Both the position numbers and the translations under genes were made by a program. The notes beneath the pieces are model-generated. The model did no database searches. It saw only the letters and a program-made list of their open reading frames with translations, and was not told the origin of the DNA. A stretch of DNA of 64,000 nucleotides, taken from NCBI GenBank assembly GCA_965223265.1, contig OZ244999.1:7552001-7616000 (forward strand), written 5' to 3'. Below are positions 51,018 through 61,998 of this stretch, one piece after another; position 1 is the stretch's first letter; each line of letters starts with the position of its first letter. Origin of the DNA: Planctomycetota bacterium (GTDB lineage Bacteria; Planctomycetota; UBA8108; SXIK01).

Positions 51018-53534
51018 ATGTTTCGGACACGATATAACTTCGGCGTGGTCCCTGACGCTCGCACCGCTGCGGTGGTAGCCGTCACGCTCGCTTCCCTGGT
51101 GCTCGTCGGGACGATCTCGCTGGCTGGCGGGCTCAGAGCGGCCACTGATTGGGCCTTCAACGAGATCTATGCCCTGCCGGGAGACGATGCCAACGGTGAC
51201 GGCCGCGTCGATCCGGCCGACGCCTTCGTCGAGCTCGTCAATCTCGCCGACTCTGAGGAAAATGTCAGCGGCTTTGCGATCGTCGCCGATGGTGAAGTCG
51301 TTCACTCCTTTTCGAATGGCTTTCGGGTGCGACGCGGCTGCGCCGCGGTCGTCTTCGCCGGCGGACCGATCCTCAGGGACCTCGGCGGCGCCGACGCCGA
51401 GGTTGCCTCGAGCGGCGGGCTTGATCTGACGCGCGTCGCTCGACTGTCGCTCATCGATCGAGAGCAGCGACCGCGGGCAGACGTGTCGCTGGTCGGGCTC
51501 ATGGCGGTCGGCGCATCGGTGACACTCACCCCGGACCTGCACGGAACACACTACGCCGAGCATCCCGCCGTTGGAATCGAGAACGGTCGATCCTCACCGG
51601 GTCGCCGGCGCGATGGCGCACGCTTCGTCGGCTGTCGAGCGCCACCGCGGACGGCTGAGATCTGGCAACTCCAGGGAGCCGGCGCGCGTTCGCCCTACGC
51701 GTTCGAGCACATCTCGGTTCCGCGGAGCGTTGTCACGGCCATCCTGCCCCGCGGCTTGTTCGTCCAGACGCCGCAAGGACGCTCCGACGACGACCCGCAG
51801 ACCTCCGACGCTCTCTTTGTCAAGGTCACTGGCGGACGTTCCAGCGTTGGTGTCGGCGACATCGTCGCCTTGCGAGGTCTCATCGTCGAAGACGGCGGTC
51901 TGACTCAGCTCGCGGGCACAGTGGAAGTTGAAGTCGTCGGTCGGGGCAGGGTCCCGGAGCCGGTTGGGCTCACGGGCGCGGCGCTCCTCGAGTCGGTGAC
52001 GACGGAGGCGGAGGCGGCGACGATTCTCGAGAGGTACGAAGGCATGCTCGTGGCGCTGGCGCAGACGACGGTCACCTCGCCCACCAACGCGCTGGGGAAC
52101 GCCGCCATCACCCTGACGGGAAGACGCGCGTTCCGCGAGCCCGGGCTTGCCTTTCCGGGGCTTCCCGGCCTGCCGACGTGGGACGGCAACCCGGAAGTGT
52201 TGACGTTTCGGCCCGGCGCGGTCCAGCCCGCATCACCGCGCCTCATCGCCGGCGCCCGCCTGGCGCGCTGCGTCGGACTCCTCAGCTCTCAACTCGGCGC
52301 CTACGAGATCTTGCCGATTCATTACCACGTCGCGTCTGAGTCTCACCCCCGAGGCGTTCGTGCTCGTCGCCGCGGAGAGTTCACGATCGCGACGCAGAAT
52401 CTGTTGCTCCTCGTTGACGACGAGACCGACGCCGCGACTGGCCGCCGCGGCGTCGATGGCCGAACGTATCAGCGCCGGCTGACGAAGCACGCCACAGCCG
52501 TCCGCGACATGCTCCAGCTGCCGGACATCCTCGCTGTTCAGGAGGTAGAGAACTTGCAGACGCTGTCGGCGCTGGCCCGGCGTGTCGAGACGCTAGCTAG
52601 CGATGGCGCTGCCATCGGCTATCGCGCCTTTCTCGCGGAAGGGCGCGACCCGTCGGGAATCGATGTCGGCTTCCTCGTGCGGGACTCGATCGCAGTAGAG
52701 TCCGTCGAGCAGATCGGTAGCGACGCGTTGTTCGCCTTCGAAGGCGAGCTGCACGCGACGTTCTCGCGGCCGCCGCTGGTGCTTCACTGCCAAGCGCCCT
52801 CGGCGCCGCTGGTCGAGTCGACGTCGCTGTCGCTCACCGTCGTCAACGTTCATTTGAGATCGCGCCGCGGAATCGAGAATGGGTCCTTCGCGCCTACCAA
52901 GCGAAAAGCGCAGGCGGAGTGGCTCGCCCGCTGGATTCAGTCGTTTCAGAGCGGTGAGCGTGACCGAGCCCTCGTCGTCACGGGCGATTTCAATGCGTTC
53001 GAGTTCTCCGATGGCCACGTCGACGTCGTCGGAGAAATCAGCGGGACGGCACGTCTCGGAGAAGCGATCCTGCCGGCGACCGAAAGCGTCGCGCCGCCGC
53101 TCGAGAACGTCGTCCTGCGGCTACCGCCCGGCGAGCGATACTCGTTCATTTTTCGCGGCTCAGCGCAGACACTTGACCACACCCTGGTGTCATCGCGCCT
53201 GGCGCCATTCGTCACCGGTGTCGAGTTCGCGCGTTCCAACGCCGATTTCCCTACAGCGCTGGCGGCGAGCGCGTCAACCCCGGTGCGCGCCAGCGATCAC
53301 GATGGACTCGTCGTGTATTTCTCTGCCGCGACACTTGGCCCACGCGCGCCGGGCGACGTCAACTCGGACGCGACCGTCGACATCAGCGACGCTGTGTTCC
53401 TGCTGCGCTATCTCTTCGCCGGCGGTCCGGCTCCGAATCACCTGAGCGCTGCCGATTTGAATGCGGACGGCCGCGTCGACGTGACAGATGTTCGCCAGCT
53501 CCTCAGGCGCGTCGTCGGCAGACCCGAGACGTGA
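51018..53534 (+). CDS. extracellular nuclease (LTD + OB fold + exo/endo/phosphatase, ExeM/NucH-like) with C-terminal dockerin
   Basis: FNEIYA..FVELVN; GLFVQ; LERYEGMLV; DILAVQEVEN, FSRPPL, NVHLRS, GDFN, LDH, SDHD; GDVNSDATVDISD...DLNADGRVDVTD. Confidence 0.88.
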   Translation: MFRTRYNFGVVPDARTAAVVAVTLASLVLVGTISLAGGLRAATDWAFNEIYALPGDDANGDGRVDPADAFVELVNLADSEENVSGFAIVADGEVVHSFSNGFRVRRGCAAVVFAGGPILRDLGGADAEVASSGGLDLTRVARLSLIDREQRPRADVSLVGLMAVGASVTLTPDLHGTHYAEHPAVGIENGRSSPGRRRDGARFVGCRAPPRTAEIWQLQGAGARSPYAFEHISVPRSVVTAILPRGLFVQTPQGRSDDDPQTSDALFVKVTGGRSSVGVGDIVALRGLIVEDGGLTQLAGTVEVEVVGRGRVPEPVGLTGAALLESVTTEAEAATILERYEGMLVALAQTTVTSPTNALGNAAITLTGRRAFREPGLAFPGLPGLPTWDGNPEVLTFRPGAVQPASPRLIAGARLARCVGLLSSQLGAYEILPIHYHVASESHPRGVRARRRGEFTIATQNLLLLVDDETDAATGRRGVDGRTYQRRLTKHATAVRDMLQLPDILAVQEVENLQTLSALARRVETLASDGAAIGYRAFLAEGRDPSGIDVGFLVRDSIAVESVEQIGSDALFAFEGELHATFSRPPLVLHCQAPSAPLVESTSLSLTVVNVHLRSRRGIENGSFAPTKRKAQAEWLARWIQSFQSGERDRALVVTGDFNAFEFSDGHVDVVGEISGTARLGEAILPATESVAPPLENVVLRLPPGERYSFIFRGSAQTLDHTLVSSRLAPFVTGVEFARSNADFPTALAASASTPVRASDHDGLVVYFSAATLGPRAPGDVNSDATVDISDAVFLLRYLFAGGPAPNHLSAADLNADGRVDVTDVRQLLRRVVGRPET

Positions 53535-53614
53535 CATCAAGTCGCGTCAACCGGCGTTCCTACGACGCGGTGGTGTCAGAGACAGAGGCGGAGACAGAGG
53601 CAGAGGCAGATGGC

Positions 53615-54175
53615 GGAGACAGATACGGACCCAGAGGCAGACACGGACCGCCCACACCCACACGCAATCGCACACCGACACGCATCCGCGACGGCACGCG
53701 GAGCGTGCCTGCTACGATATGACGGAGACGGAGACAGATACGGACCCAGAGGCAGACACGGACCGCCCACACCCACACGCAATCGCACACCGACACGCAT
53801 CCGCGACGGCACGCGGAGCGTGCCTGCTACGATATGACGGAGACGGAGACAGATACGGACCCAGAGGCAGACACGGACCGCCCACACCCACACGCAATCG
53901 CACACCGACACGCATCCGCGACGGCACGCGGAGCGTGCCTGCTACGATATGACGGAGACGGAGACAGATACGGACCCAGAGGCAGACACGGACCGCCCAC
54001 ACCCACACGCAATCGCACACCGACACGCATCCGCGACGGCACGCGGAGCGTGCCTGCTACGATATGACGGAGACGGAGACAGATACGGACCCAGAGGCAG
54101 ACACGGACCGCCCACACCCACACGCAATCGCACACCGACACGCATCCGCGACGGCACACGGAGTGTGCCTGCTAC
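53615..54175. repeat. 115-bp tandem repeat, about 4.9 copies, each with a GTAG-type REP hairpin
   Basis: Units start at 53615, 53730, 53845, 53960 and 54075; each contains GGCACGC-GGA-GCGTGCC-TG-CTAC. Confidence 0.95.
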
Positions 54176-54319
54176 TTTAGCACTCCCACGCCCACACGCA
54201 CTCGCAATCGCTGACGCACACACCGACGCTCACGCTCACCCACTCGCACTCCCCCACGGGACTCGTGGCAACGCCACACGGAGCCTGCCGCTACCTTGTC
54301 GCCGGACGTCACCTCGACG

Positions 54320-55831
54320 CTAAGAGATGACGTCGCTCACAACGCGCGCTGGTTCGACGCCGGTGAGGCGCTCGTCAAGTCCGTGATGGTTGTAGACCAA
54401 CCGCTCGTGATCGATACCCAGGAGGTGCAGCACGGTAGCGTGAAAATCGTGCACGCTGACGCGGTTTTCGACGGCGTGGTAGCCGAACTCGTCAGTGGCG
54501 CCGTAGACAGTGCCGCCTTTGGCGCCGCCGCCGGCAAGCCATACCGAAAAACCGTTAGCGCCGTGATCACGGCCCGGGTTGTTGCCACCCTGGGTGAGCG
54601 GCAAGCGCCCGAACTCACCGCCCCACATAACGAGCGTCGTCTCGAGCAGCCCTCGCGCCTTGAGATCCTTCAGCAGCGCGGCGACGGGACGATCGGTCTC
54701 GGCGCACGAGCGCCGCAGCCCAGACTCAATCCCTGAGTGGTGATCCCACGGGTTGTTGCCGCGCGAGCAGTTCATGTAGATCTGGACAATCCGGACGCCG
54801 CGCTCGATCAGCCGCCGCGCCATGAGGCACCGTCTCGCGTACGGCATGGTCACGCGGTCGTTCAGACCGTAGAGCTCACGCGTCGTCTCCGACTCTTGAC
54901 TCAAGTCGAGCGCGTCGGAGGCAGAAATCTGCATGCGCGCGGCGAGCTCGTAGCTGGCGATTCTGGCGTCGAGATCCGGCTGAAACGGACGCCGCTCGCG
55001 GTGCCTCTTTGCCATGCGGCTCAGCAGCGAGCGAGACAGCTCGACGACGGGACGCGGATACTCCTTTTCTGCGTGCAGGTTGACAAGCGGCGAGCCGATC
55101 GTGCGCAGTCGTGTGCCCTGATACACCGGCGGCAACCAACCGGCCTGCCAGTTCTGACTGCCGAGAAGAATTCGCCGGTCGGGATCGTCTAGCGCAACGT
55201 AGGCCGGAAGGTTCTGGTTCTCGGTGCCCAGGCCGTAGACGACCCAGGCGCCGAAGCCAGGCGACTGGTCGGCAGTGCGCCCGCTGTGCATCATGAACAC
55301 CGCGGGCTCGTGATTGAAACTCGTCGTCCACATCGAGCGAATGATCGCGAGGTCGTCCGCGCACTCCGTCAGGTGCGGTATGACGTCGGACATCTCGATG
55401 CCCGATGCTCCGTAGCGGTCGAATGTGTACGGCGTCGGCAAGAGTCCTCCCGCGGCGCCGACCGATTCGACGTTGTCGAGAAACGCCCTCGGCAGATCTC
55501 CGGCGTGGCGCTTGAGCGCCGGCTTGGGATCGAAGAGATCAACCTGACTGGGACCACCGGTCATGAAGAGCTGAATCACGGCGCGGGCCCGCGGTGTGAA
55601 ATGCGGCGAGGAAGAGGATGGCCTCGTGCCCGGAGAGTGCGCGAAGCCGACGCTCGGGTCTCGCACCGCATCCGCACTGTAGACGTCGCCGGCAAGGAGC
55701 GACGCCATTGCCGCACCCAAGAGGCCATCACTCATGCGCGAGAAAAAATCTCGTCGCCCGAGACGGTCCTTTCCGCCCCGCGGCGCCGTACAGACGTGTC
55801 GTGGCAGCGCTCGCCGCGGCTCAGTCGACAT
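54320..55831 (-). CDS. DUF1501 domain protein
   Basis: GRRDFF leader, LFMTGGPSQVDLFDPKP, YGLGTENQNLP, SYELAARMQ, WDHH, GEFGRLP, GRDH. Confidence 0.94.
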   Translation of the reverse strand: MSTEPRRALPRHVCTAPRGGKDRLGRRDFFSRMSDGLLGAAMASLLAGDVYSADAVRDPSVGFAHSPGTRPSSSSPHFTPRARAVIQLFMTGGPSQVDLFDPKPALKRHAGDLPRAFLDNVESVGAAGGLLPTPYTFDRYGASGIEMSDVIPHLTECADDLAIIRSMWTTSFNHEPAVFMMHSGRTADQSPGFGAWVVYGLGTENQNLPAYVALDDPDRRILLGSQNWQAGWLPPVYQGTRLRTIGSPLVNLHAEKEYPRPVVELSRSLLSRMAKRHRERRPFQPDLDARIASYELAARMQISASDALDLSQESETTRELYGLNDRVTMPYARRCLMARRLIERGVRIVQIYMNCSRGNNPWDHHSGIESGLRRSCAETDRPVAALLKDLKARGLLETTLVMWGGEFGRLPLTQGGNNPGRDHGANGFSVWLAGGGAKGGTVYGATDEFGYHAVENRVSVHDFHATVLHLLGIDHERLVYNHHGLDERLTGVEPARVVSDVIS

Positions 55832-58652
55832 AGAGAAACTCTGGGCTGTTCAGAATCGAATGACAAAACACTTCGAGCGCTTGGCGGTGCGCGAGTGCGC
55901 GCTGAGTGTCCTCTGTCTCCGCCGGCGCCTGATCTCCGGCAGCACCTCCGGTTACTGCGTCTTTGCGCACGGCGTTCTCGAGCACGGCGCCTCCCGATGT
56001 CGTGCCGCGACGTTTTGCAGCCGCAGCGCTTTCGAACCAGCTTTCTGCGAGCTCGTCAAGCGCGCGCGAGTCCGCCTCGACTTCGTCACCCGACGGCAAA
56101 CGCCCGTAGGCCGTCAGATAGATTCTCTCAAGCTGCGCCTGCCGCGACGCATCGGCCACCGCAAACACAGCAGCAGCGAATCGTCGCGCGCCGTCACGCA
56201 CGAACCGGCTGTTCCAGAGGCGGAGCGCCTGCGTCGGCACCGTCGACTCGACGCGGCGCACACAGTTGGGCTGCATGCGCGGCGCGTCGAAAAGATCGAG
56301 CTGCGTGACCGCGCGCAGGCGGCGACGGATCAGGTAGATGCTGCGGCGATATCCCACCGCAGTGGCGCGCGCGGTTGCCTCGCCGTCAGCGGTCACGTCT
56401 AGATCGTCGGGCGGTCCGAACGGTGTTCGGTCGAGCGCGCCTGTCACCTGCAAGACCGAGTCGCGGATGGCCTCAGCGTCGAGGCGACGAAGCGGAAACC
56501 GCGACAGCAATACGTTCTCGGGGTCCGCCGCGAGGGCCTCGGGCGTAACGAGCGACCGCTGCCGATACGCCGTCGAGGTCATGATCAAACGGTGAAGCGT
56601 CTTGAAGCTCCAGCCCTGACGGACGAACTCGGACGCCAGCCAGTCGAGAAGCTCAGGATGCGACGGCGGCGCGCCCGTGTTGCCGAAGTTCGCCGGTGTG
56701 GCGACGAGCCCGCGACCGAAGTGATGCTGCCAGATGCGGTTGACGATGACGCGCGCGGTGAGCGGATGCCGCGGCTGGATCAGCCACTTCGCCAGCCCAA
56801 GCCGGCGCCCCGTGCCGCCACTTCGCGAGCTCTTCGCGGCGACACGAAAGGGCTGCAGTTCTGAAGTCGAGAACGCGGGGGGCACTCCCGGCGCCACGCG
56901 CTCTCCCGGGCTGCGCAGTTCGCCTCGCCGCAGGACGTACACCGGGGTCGGCTCCCCGCCAGTGTCGAAAAGTGCATGGATCTTCGGCGCGGCGAGCAGT
57001 TGTCGTTTCGCCGCATCGGCGCGCGCGCGATGAGGCTGGACGCGCTGGCGAAAGTTGGGAAATCGCTTCTCGAGTTCCTCGCGGCTCACCTCGAACAGTT
57101 TCTTGAACTCGGCCTCCTCTGCTGTCTCGGACCCGCGCGCGCCGCGCGCCTCTTGACCTTTTGCCGCGGCGATTCGTCGCGCCCTCGCAGCAGCTGCCGG
57201 TTCAAGTGCTGCTAGACGCTCCTCGACGATTTGCGCTTTGAATGGCGCAGCGACCTCTTCGATCGCAGCCTCCCCCGCGGCGATCTCCCGAAGAAGCGGC
57301 GCGTTGTGACGCGCGATGACCGGCAACCTCTCACCGCCGGGATCGTCGAGAAGGCGCTGATAGAGTGCGGGAGCAGGAGAACCAGAGGGGTAAATCGTTT
57401 CGCCGGGAATGCGCCAATCGTAAGGATCGTATGCCGGCTGAAACAGCGCCATGAAGCGATAGTAGTCGCGCAGCGAGATGGGATCGAACTTGTGGTCGTG
57501 GCACTGCGCGCACTCGATCGTCATCCCCATGACCGCAGATCCAAAAATCTTGAGCTCGTCGATCAAAACTGCCTGACGACTCGGAACGAAGTTGAGCGCC
57601 AGCTCATCTGTATCGTCCGCGGCGGTGCGCAGAAACCCCGTGGCGATCAAAGCGTCTCGCTTCTCAGTCGTGAGCGGCTGACCCGAACGATATTCGACGA
57701 GCTCATCCCCCGCGACTTGTTCAAGCAGGAAGCGATCGTAAGGCTTGTCGGCGACGAGCGCCCTGATAACGTAATCGCGATAACGCCACGCGTAGCGCCG
57801 ATATTCGTCGCGATCGATCTTGCCGTGGGTGTCGGCGTAACCAGCTGCATCGAGCCAGTACATCGCCCAACGCTCGCCATACGCCTGCGTGGCGAGCAGC
57901 TCATCGACGAGGCGCTCGTAAGAACCTGGGTCGGTGTCAGCGGCGAACGTTGTCGCGGCTGCAGCGGACGGTGGAAGTCCGGTGAGTGCGAAATGAGCGC
58001 GACGCAGCTGCGTCGATCGATCAGCCTTAGGGGAAAACCGCAGGTTCTTTGCCTCCAGCTGCTGCAGTAAGAACGCGTCGATCGGAGTGCGCACCTGCGC
58101 TTCGTTGAGCACGACGGGCGGCGCGACCCGTCGCGGCGGCTTCAGCGCCCAGAGTCCCTCTACATCACTTGAGGCATCGACTTCGTCTCGCGCCGCGGGA
58201 ACCGGCGGCTCGTCCTGCGCACCGCCGCGGATCCACGCCGCGAGGCGATCGATGTCGCCAGCACGCACACGACGAACGTAGTTCTTGTCGCCGAAGAGAT
58301 CCTTCTCGGGTGGCATTTCGTCCCGGACGATGCGCTGGTAGACAAGGCTCTCCTCAGGCTTGCCGGGAACGATCGCCGGCCCCGAGCGGCCGCCTCTGAG
58401 CATGCTCGCGCGCGTGCGAAGATCGAGATCACCTTCACGCTTCCATTTGCCGTGACATGAAATGCAATGGGAACGAAAGACGTTCGACAGGATTTCCTGC
58501 GCCAAGGGCTCTGGCTCTGACGCTGCGGCTCGGCGACCCGCAGCGCAAATAAAGAAAACCGTCATGCAGACCCAAAGCGCATGGGTTACCGCAAACAGGA
58601 CTGCGGCCCTCGCACGCAGACGCAGCTGAGCAGGGTGGGTTCGAATTCTCAC
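55821..58652 (-). CDS. planctomycete cytochrome c + DUF1549 + DUF1553 (PSD1) protein
   Basis: Heme motif CISCH with [52 protein letters not shown]. Confidence 0.94.
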   Translation of the reverse strand: MRIRTHPAQLRLRARAAVLFAVTHALWVCMTVFFICAAGRRAAASEPEPLAQEILSNVFRSHCISCHGKWKREGDLDLRTRASMLRGGRSGPAIVPGKPEESLVYQRIVRDEMPPEKDLFGDKNYVRRVRAGDIDRLAAWIRGGAQDEPPVPAARDEVDASSDVEGLWALKPPRRVAPPVVLNEAQVRTPIDAFLLQQLEAKNLRFSPKADRSTQLRRAHFALTGLPPSAAAATTFAADTDPGSYERLVDELLATQAYGERWAMYWLDAAGYADTHGKIDRDEYRRYAWRYRDYVIRALVADKPYDRFLLEQVAGDELVEYRSGQPLTTEKRDALIATGFLRTAADDTDELALNFVPSRQAVLIDELKIFGSAVMGMTIECAQCHDHKFDPISLRDYYRFMALFQPAYDPYDWRIPGETIYPSGSPAPALYQRLLDDPGGERLPVIARHNAPLLREIAAGEAAIEEVAAPFKAQIVEERLAALEPAAAARARRIAAAKGQEARGARGSETAEEAEFKKLFEVSREELEKRFPNFRQRVQPHRARADAAKRQLLAAPKIHALFDTGGEPTPVYVLRRGELRSPGERVAPGVPPAFSTSELQPFRVAAKSSRSGGTGRRLGLAKWLIQPRHPLTARVIVNRIWQHHFGRGLVATPANFGNTGAPPSHPELLDWLASEFVRQGWSFKTLHRLIMTSTAYRQRSLVTPEALAADPENVLLSRFPLRRLDAEAIRDSVLQVTGALDRTPFGPPDDLDVTADGEATARATAVGYRRSIYLIRRRLRAVTQLDLFDAPRMQPNCVRRVESTVPTQALRLWNSRFVRDGARRFAAAVFAVADASRQAQLERIYLTAYGRLPSGDEVEADSRALDELAESWFESAAAAKRRGTTSGGAVLENAVRKDAVTGGAAGDQAPAETEDTQRALAHRQALEVFCHSILNSPEFLYVD

Positions 58653-58817
58653 CGGGGCTCGTTTCCACAGAAGATATCGTCTCAGATCCGCCTATTTTCC
58701 CACACCATCTTGGCGAAATCGAGCCCCCGGCAGCTCACTAACACGCGCCCTCGTTGTGCGGTAGAGCTCGTCCCGGCACCGACACCGGCCGTCAAAAGAC
58801 TCCGATCCGAGTCCCCG

Positions 58818-59246
58818 CTACGACCGCAGTTTGTTGAGCTGCGTCCTGACCTTCTCCCAGTAGCGATCCGTCTTCGCGCGCGAAACGCCGTTCGGCCCGC
58901 CGTTGTGCGTGCGCGCGATGACTTCTGCGTGGCGTCGCAGCCACGCATCGGGGACGTAGTGTCGCATATAGGCTTCCACGACGCGTTCGGCATAGTCGCG
59001 ACGCCGGCAATCCTGGTACTCACCGGCGAGGGATGGGTCAGCCCTTGTCGCGTCCGACCAGTAGGCGAAGCCGATTTGAAACGGCCCGATCGAAAGACCA
59101 CCGTCACCGTCGGGGCAGTCGTCGCGGCCACCACTTTCGACGACGCGAATCGCATCCAGAATCTGCTGAGTCGTCGGTGGCTCCCGCGGCGTTGGGGATG
59201 GGAACGATACAGCGACAATGAGGAGAGCTAGCTCGAAGGAACGCAT
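58818..59246 (-). CDS. secreted lysozyme-like protein, i-type/destabilase-like
   Basis: Signal-like N-terminus; AIRVVESGG (catalytic Glu), GPFQIGFAYWSDA, YQDC, YM.HY, IARTHNGGPNG. Confidence 0.8.
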   Translation of the reverse strand: MRSFELALLIVAVSFPSPTPREPPTTQQILDAIRVVESGGRDDCPDGDGGLSIGPFQIGFAYWSDATRADPSLAGEYQDCRRRDYAERVVEAYMRHYVPDAWLRRHAEVIARTHNGGPNGVSRAKTDRYWEKVRTQLNKLRS

Positions 59247-59598
59247 ACGATGTTTTAACACCGTCTGGCGTGGTTCGCCGCTCGCGCCTCTCCACCAACT
59301 CGTCAATCTCCTATACAGCCAGCGACGCCGAACCGCAAAACGCCGCCAGGGCGAACGCTTGGACGCCAGTGGAGCCGCGCCCAATCGCGGCCGCATTCGC
59401 CACCGAGACGCCGAACGCCAAGGGCGGCTTCGCGATGCGGCGGAATCGCCGCGGCGGCGTAGCTCCATCCTCCTTCACCTCACAGCGTTCATTCGCCTGC
59501 CACTCGCGACGCGGCGTAGATTTCTCTTCCCGATCGTGCGAAAAAAGCCGCTATCATCATGCGGCGCACGCCTTGCGCTGTCCACGGAGTATCGACCG

Positions 59599-60378
59599 AT
59601 GGCCCTAAGTGCTAGCCAGCAGAAACAGCTCGACGAGGATGGGTTCCTCATCCTCGTAGACATGATCGACGCCGAGCGCGTCGAGACGATCATCGAGGGG
59701 ATCGAACGCGCTTACGCGCTCGAAGGCGCGGGCGCCGGCGGCGAATTTCAGCGCGAACCAGGCTGTCGACGCCTGGCGAATCTCGTCGACAAGGGAGAAG
59801 TTTTTCGCGGCGCGATTCGCGAACCGGCGATTCTGGCATGCATGGCTCACGTGCTCGGGCCGCGCTTCAAACTGAGCAGCGTCAACGCACGCTCGGCCGA
59901 CCCGCTGTCGCCGAACCGCCAACCACTCCACGCCGACATGGGGGCGGTCGCCGACGACGACGGATACTGGGTGTGCAACTCGCTCTGGATGCTGGACGAC
60001 TTCACGCCGGAGAACGGGGCCCTACGCGTCGTCCCAGGCTCTCACCGCTGGCGCCAGCTGCCCCAAGATGGCATGGCGGATCCGCTCGCACCTCACGACG
60101 ATGAAGTGATGATTACCGGAAGCAGAGGCACGGTGGCCATCATGAACGCGCACGCCTGGCATGGGGCGCTGGCGAACACGACGCCGAAGCCGCGGCGCGC
60201 GCTCCATGTTTTCTATACGCGGTGGGATAAGCCCCAGCAGCAGTATCAAAAGAAGCTCCTGAGCAGCGACACCCAAGCTCGGCTGAACCCCGAAGAGCGG
60301 GCGCTGCTCGCGCTCGACGATCCGCACAACGATTTTCTGTGTCAGACGACGACGACCCGCAGCGGCTTCCTGAAGTGA
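59599..60378 (+). CDS. phytanoyl-CoA dioxygenase (PhyH) family Fe/2OG dioxygenase
   Basis: LDEDGFLIL, LHAD (HxD), LDDFTPENGALRVVPGSH, WHG..N...R. Confidence 0.92.
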   Translation: MALSASQQKQLDEDGFLILVDMIDAERVETIIEGIERAYALEGAGAGGEFQREPGCRRLANLVDKGEVFRGAIREPAILACMAHVLGPRFKLSSVNARSADPLSPNRQPLHADMGAVADDDGYWVCNSLWMLDDFTPENGALRVVPGSHRWRQLPQDGMADPLAPHDDEVMITGSRGTVAIMNAHAWHGALANTTPKPRRALHVFYTRWDKPQQQYQKKLLSSDTQARLNPEERALLALDDPHNDFLCQTTTTRSGFLK

Positions 60379-60574
60379 ACGCCGCGTCGCCGTCGCGCGA
60401 ACAGAATCAGAGAAAAAGCGTGTTGCGCGATCGCACGTCTCGGTGGCGATCGGTTATCGTATCGGGCACCCTTGTTTGACATTGCGACCGGTCACACCGT
60501 TTGGACACGCTCGCTTCGAACTCGCGGCCGGCATGGAGGCGCTCTCCGAGCCGCCCAACCGATTGAGGAAGTCG

Positions 60575-61951
60575 ATGAAAACACGCAGAACGTTTCTCAA
60601 GAAATGCGCCGCCGGACTCACCACCCTCGCACTTCCCTGGCCGCTCGGGTGTGCCGTCGATCGCTCCGCAGTGCGTTCGGCTCGAAACTCGAAACACTTC
60701 ACAATCAAGGATATCCGACGAACCACAGTCAAGATTCCATATCGTGAGGTGCCGCGACGAGCCATGGATCGCGAACTGCCACATTGGCGCTACTCTGAAA
60801 TCACCGAGGTGACACTTGCATCCGGCGTGGTCGGCTTCGGCGAAACGATGCTCTACTACACGTGGGGCGAGACGACCGACGAGCGTGTGAGCGCAGCGAT
60901 GGGCAAGAACGCCGTCGATCTCATGTGGGACGACAAAAACGGTGCGGGACTCCAGATCGCACTCTTCGATGCGGTCGGCAAAACAATCGGAGTTCCGGTG
61001 CACCGGCTGCTCGGGCACAAGCAGTACGATCGCACGCCGCTGTCGTGGTGGAACATCGACATGCCGCCCGAGGACATGGCGACCGAGTGCAAAGAGGCAC
61101 TCGCCAGCGGCTACATGTCGTACAAGACGAAGGGCCGGCCATGGTTTGACCTTTGGGAGCAGGTGGATGTGGCGGCTAAGGCCGTGCCGCGTGAGTTCAA
61201 GATCGACATGGATTTCAACGACACGCTCCGCGACGCGGAGCGCGCGATTCCAATCCTGAAGGAGCTAGAGAAGTACCCGCAGATCGACATCTATGAAACG
61301 CCGATTCCTCAAGGTGACGTCGCTGGCAACCGCGCCATCCGTGAGGCAACCCGTGTCAACATCGCTCTACACTACGGCAGTCCGAGGCCTGCTGTCGTCG
61401 TCCACGATGAGGTGTGTGATGGATTTGTTGTCGGTGGCGGCGCCACTGCCGTAGCACGGCAAGGAAAGTTTTCCGGCGAGGTCGAAATGCCGTTCTGGCT
61501 GCAGCTCGTCGGCAGCAGCATCACCGCGGCGTTCTCTCTTCACTTCGGTGGCGTGCTGCGCCAGGCGAAGTGGCCGGCGGTCAACTGCCACCAGCTCTAC
61601 CAGTACTCGATGCTGACGCAGCCGATCGTTGTCACGGACGGCTCCGCGGCCGTCCCTGACAAGCCGGGACTCGGCTACGACCTCGATCGTGACGCAGTCG
61701 AGAAACTGCGTGTCGACAAGCCGACTGAACGCCCCGACTACCCCCGCCTCCTCGAGACGACTTGGCCCGACGGCCGCAAGATGTACACGGCGAGCCACAA
61801 CTTGGTGAACTTCATCCTGCGGCAGGCGAACCGAGAGAACATGCCGTTCTTTGAGCGCGGCGTCATGACCCAGCAAGTGCCGAACGACGGTAGCGCGCGC
61901 TGGCGAGAGCTCTACGAGGGTGCCAAAGACAAACCGGTCATGCTGCAGTGA
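60575..61951 (+). CDS. Tat-exported mandelate racemase/muconate lactonizing enzyme family protein
   Basis: TRRTFLK leader, GVVGFGE, ALFDAVGK..GVPVHRLLG, KTK, DFN, YETP, PDKPGLG. Confidence 0.88.
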   Translation: MKTRRTFLKKCAAGLTTLALPWPLGCAVDRSAVRSARNSKHFTIKDIRRTTVKIPYREVPRRAMDRELPHWRYSEITEVTLASGVVGFGETMLYYTWGETTDERVSAAMGKNAVDLMWDDKNGAGLQIALFDAVGKTIGVPVHRLLGHKQYDRTPLSWWNIDMPPEDMATECKEALASGYMSYKTKGRPWFDLWEQVDVAAKAVPREFKIDMDFNDTLRDAERAIPILKELEKYPQIDIYETPIPQGDVAGNRAIREATRVNIALHYGSPRPAVVVHDEVCDGFVVGGGATAVARQGKFSGEVEMPFWLQLVGSSITAAFSLHFGGVLRQAKWPAVNCHQLYQYSMLTQPIVVTDGSAAVPDKPGLGYDLDRDAVEKLRVDKPTERPDYPRLLETTWPDGRKMYTASHNLVNFILRQANRENMPFFERGVMTQQVPNDGSARWRELYEGAKDKPVMLQ

Positions 61952-61998
61952 TTTTGGTGGTTAGCGTGTTCGTGGGTGCAGTCGCAGCATAACGCGGA

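Noticed and set aside
53615-54175. CRISPR array
   Set aside because: Sequences between the hairpins are identical rather than unique spacers, and there are no cas genes
53488-54323. Repetitive ORFs in the tandem array (TETETD..., SVSVSV...)
   Set aside because: The 115-bp unit is not a multiple of 3, so the ORFs are by-products of the repeat
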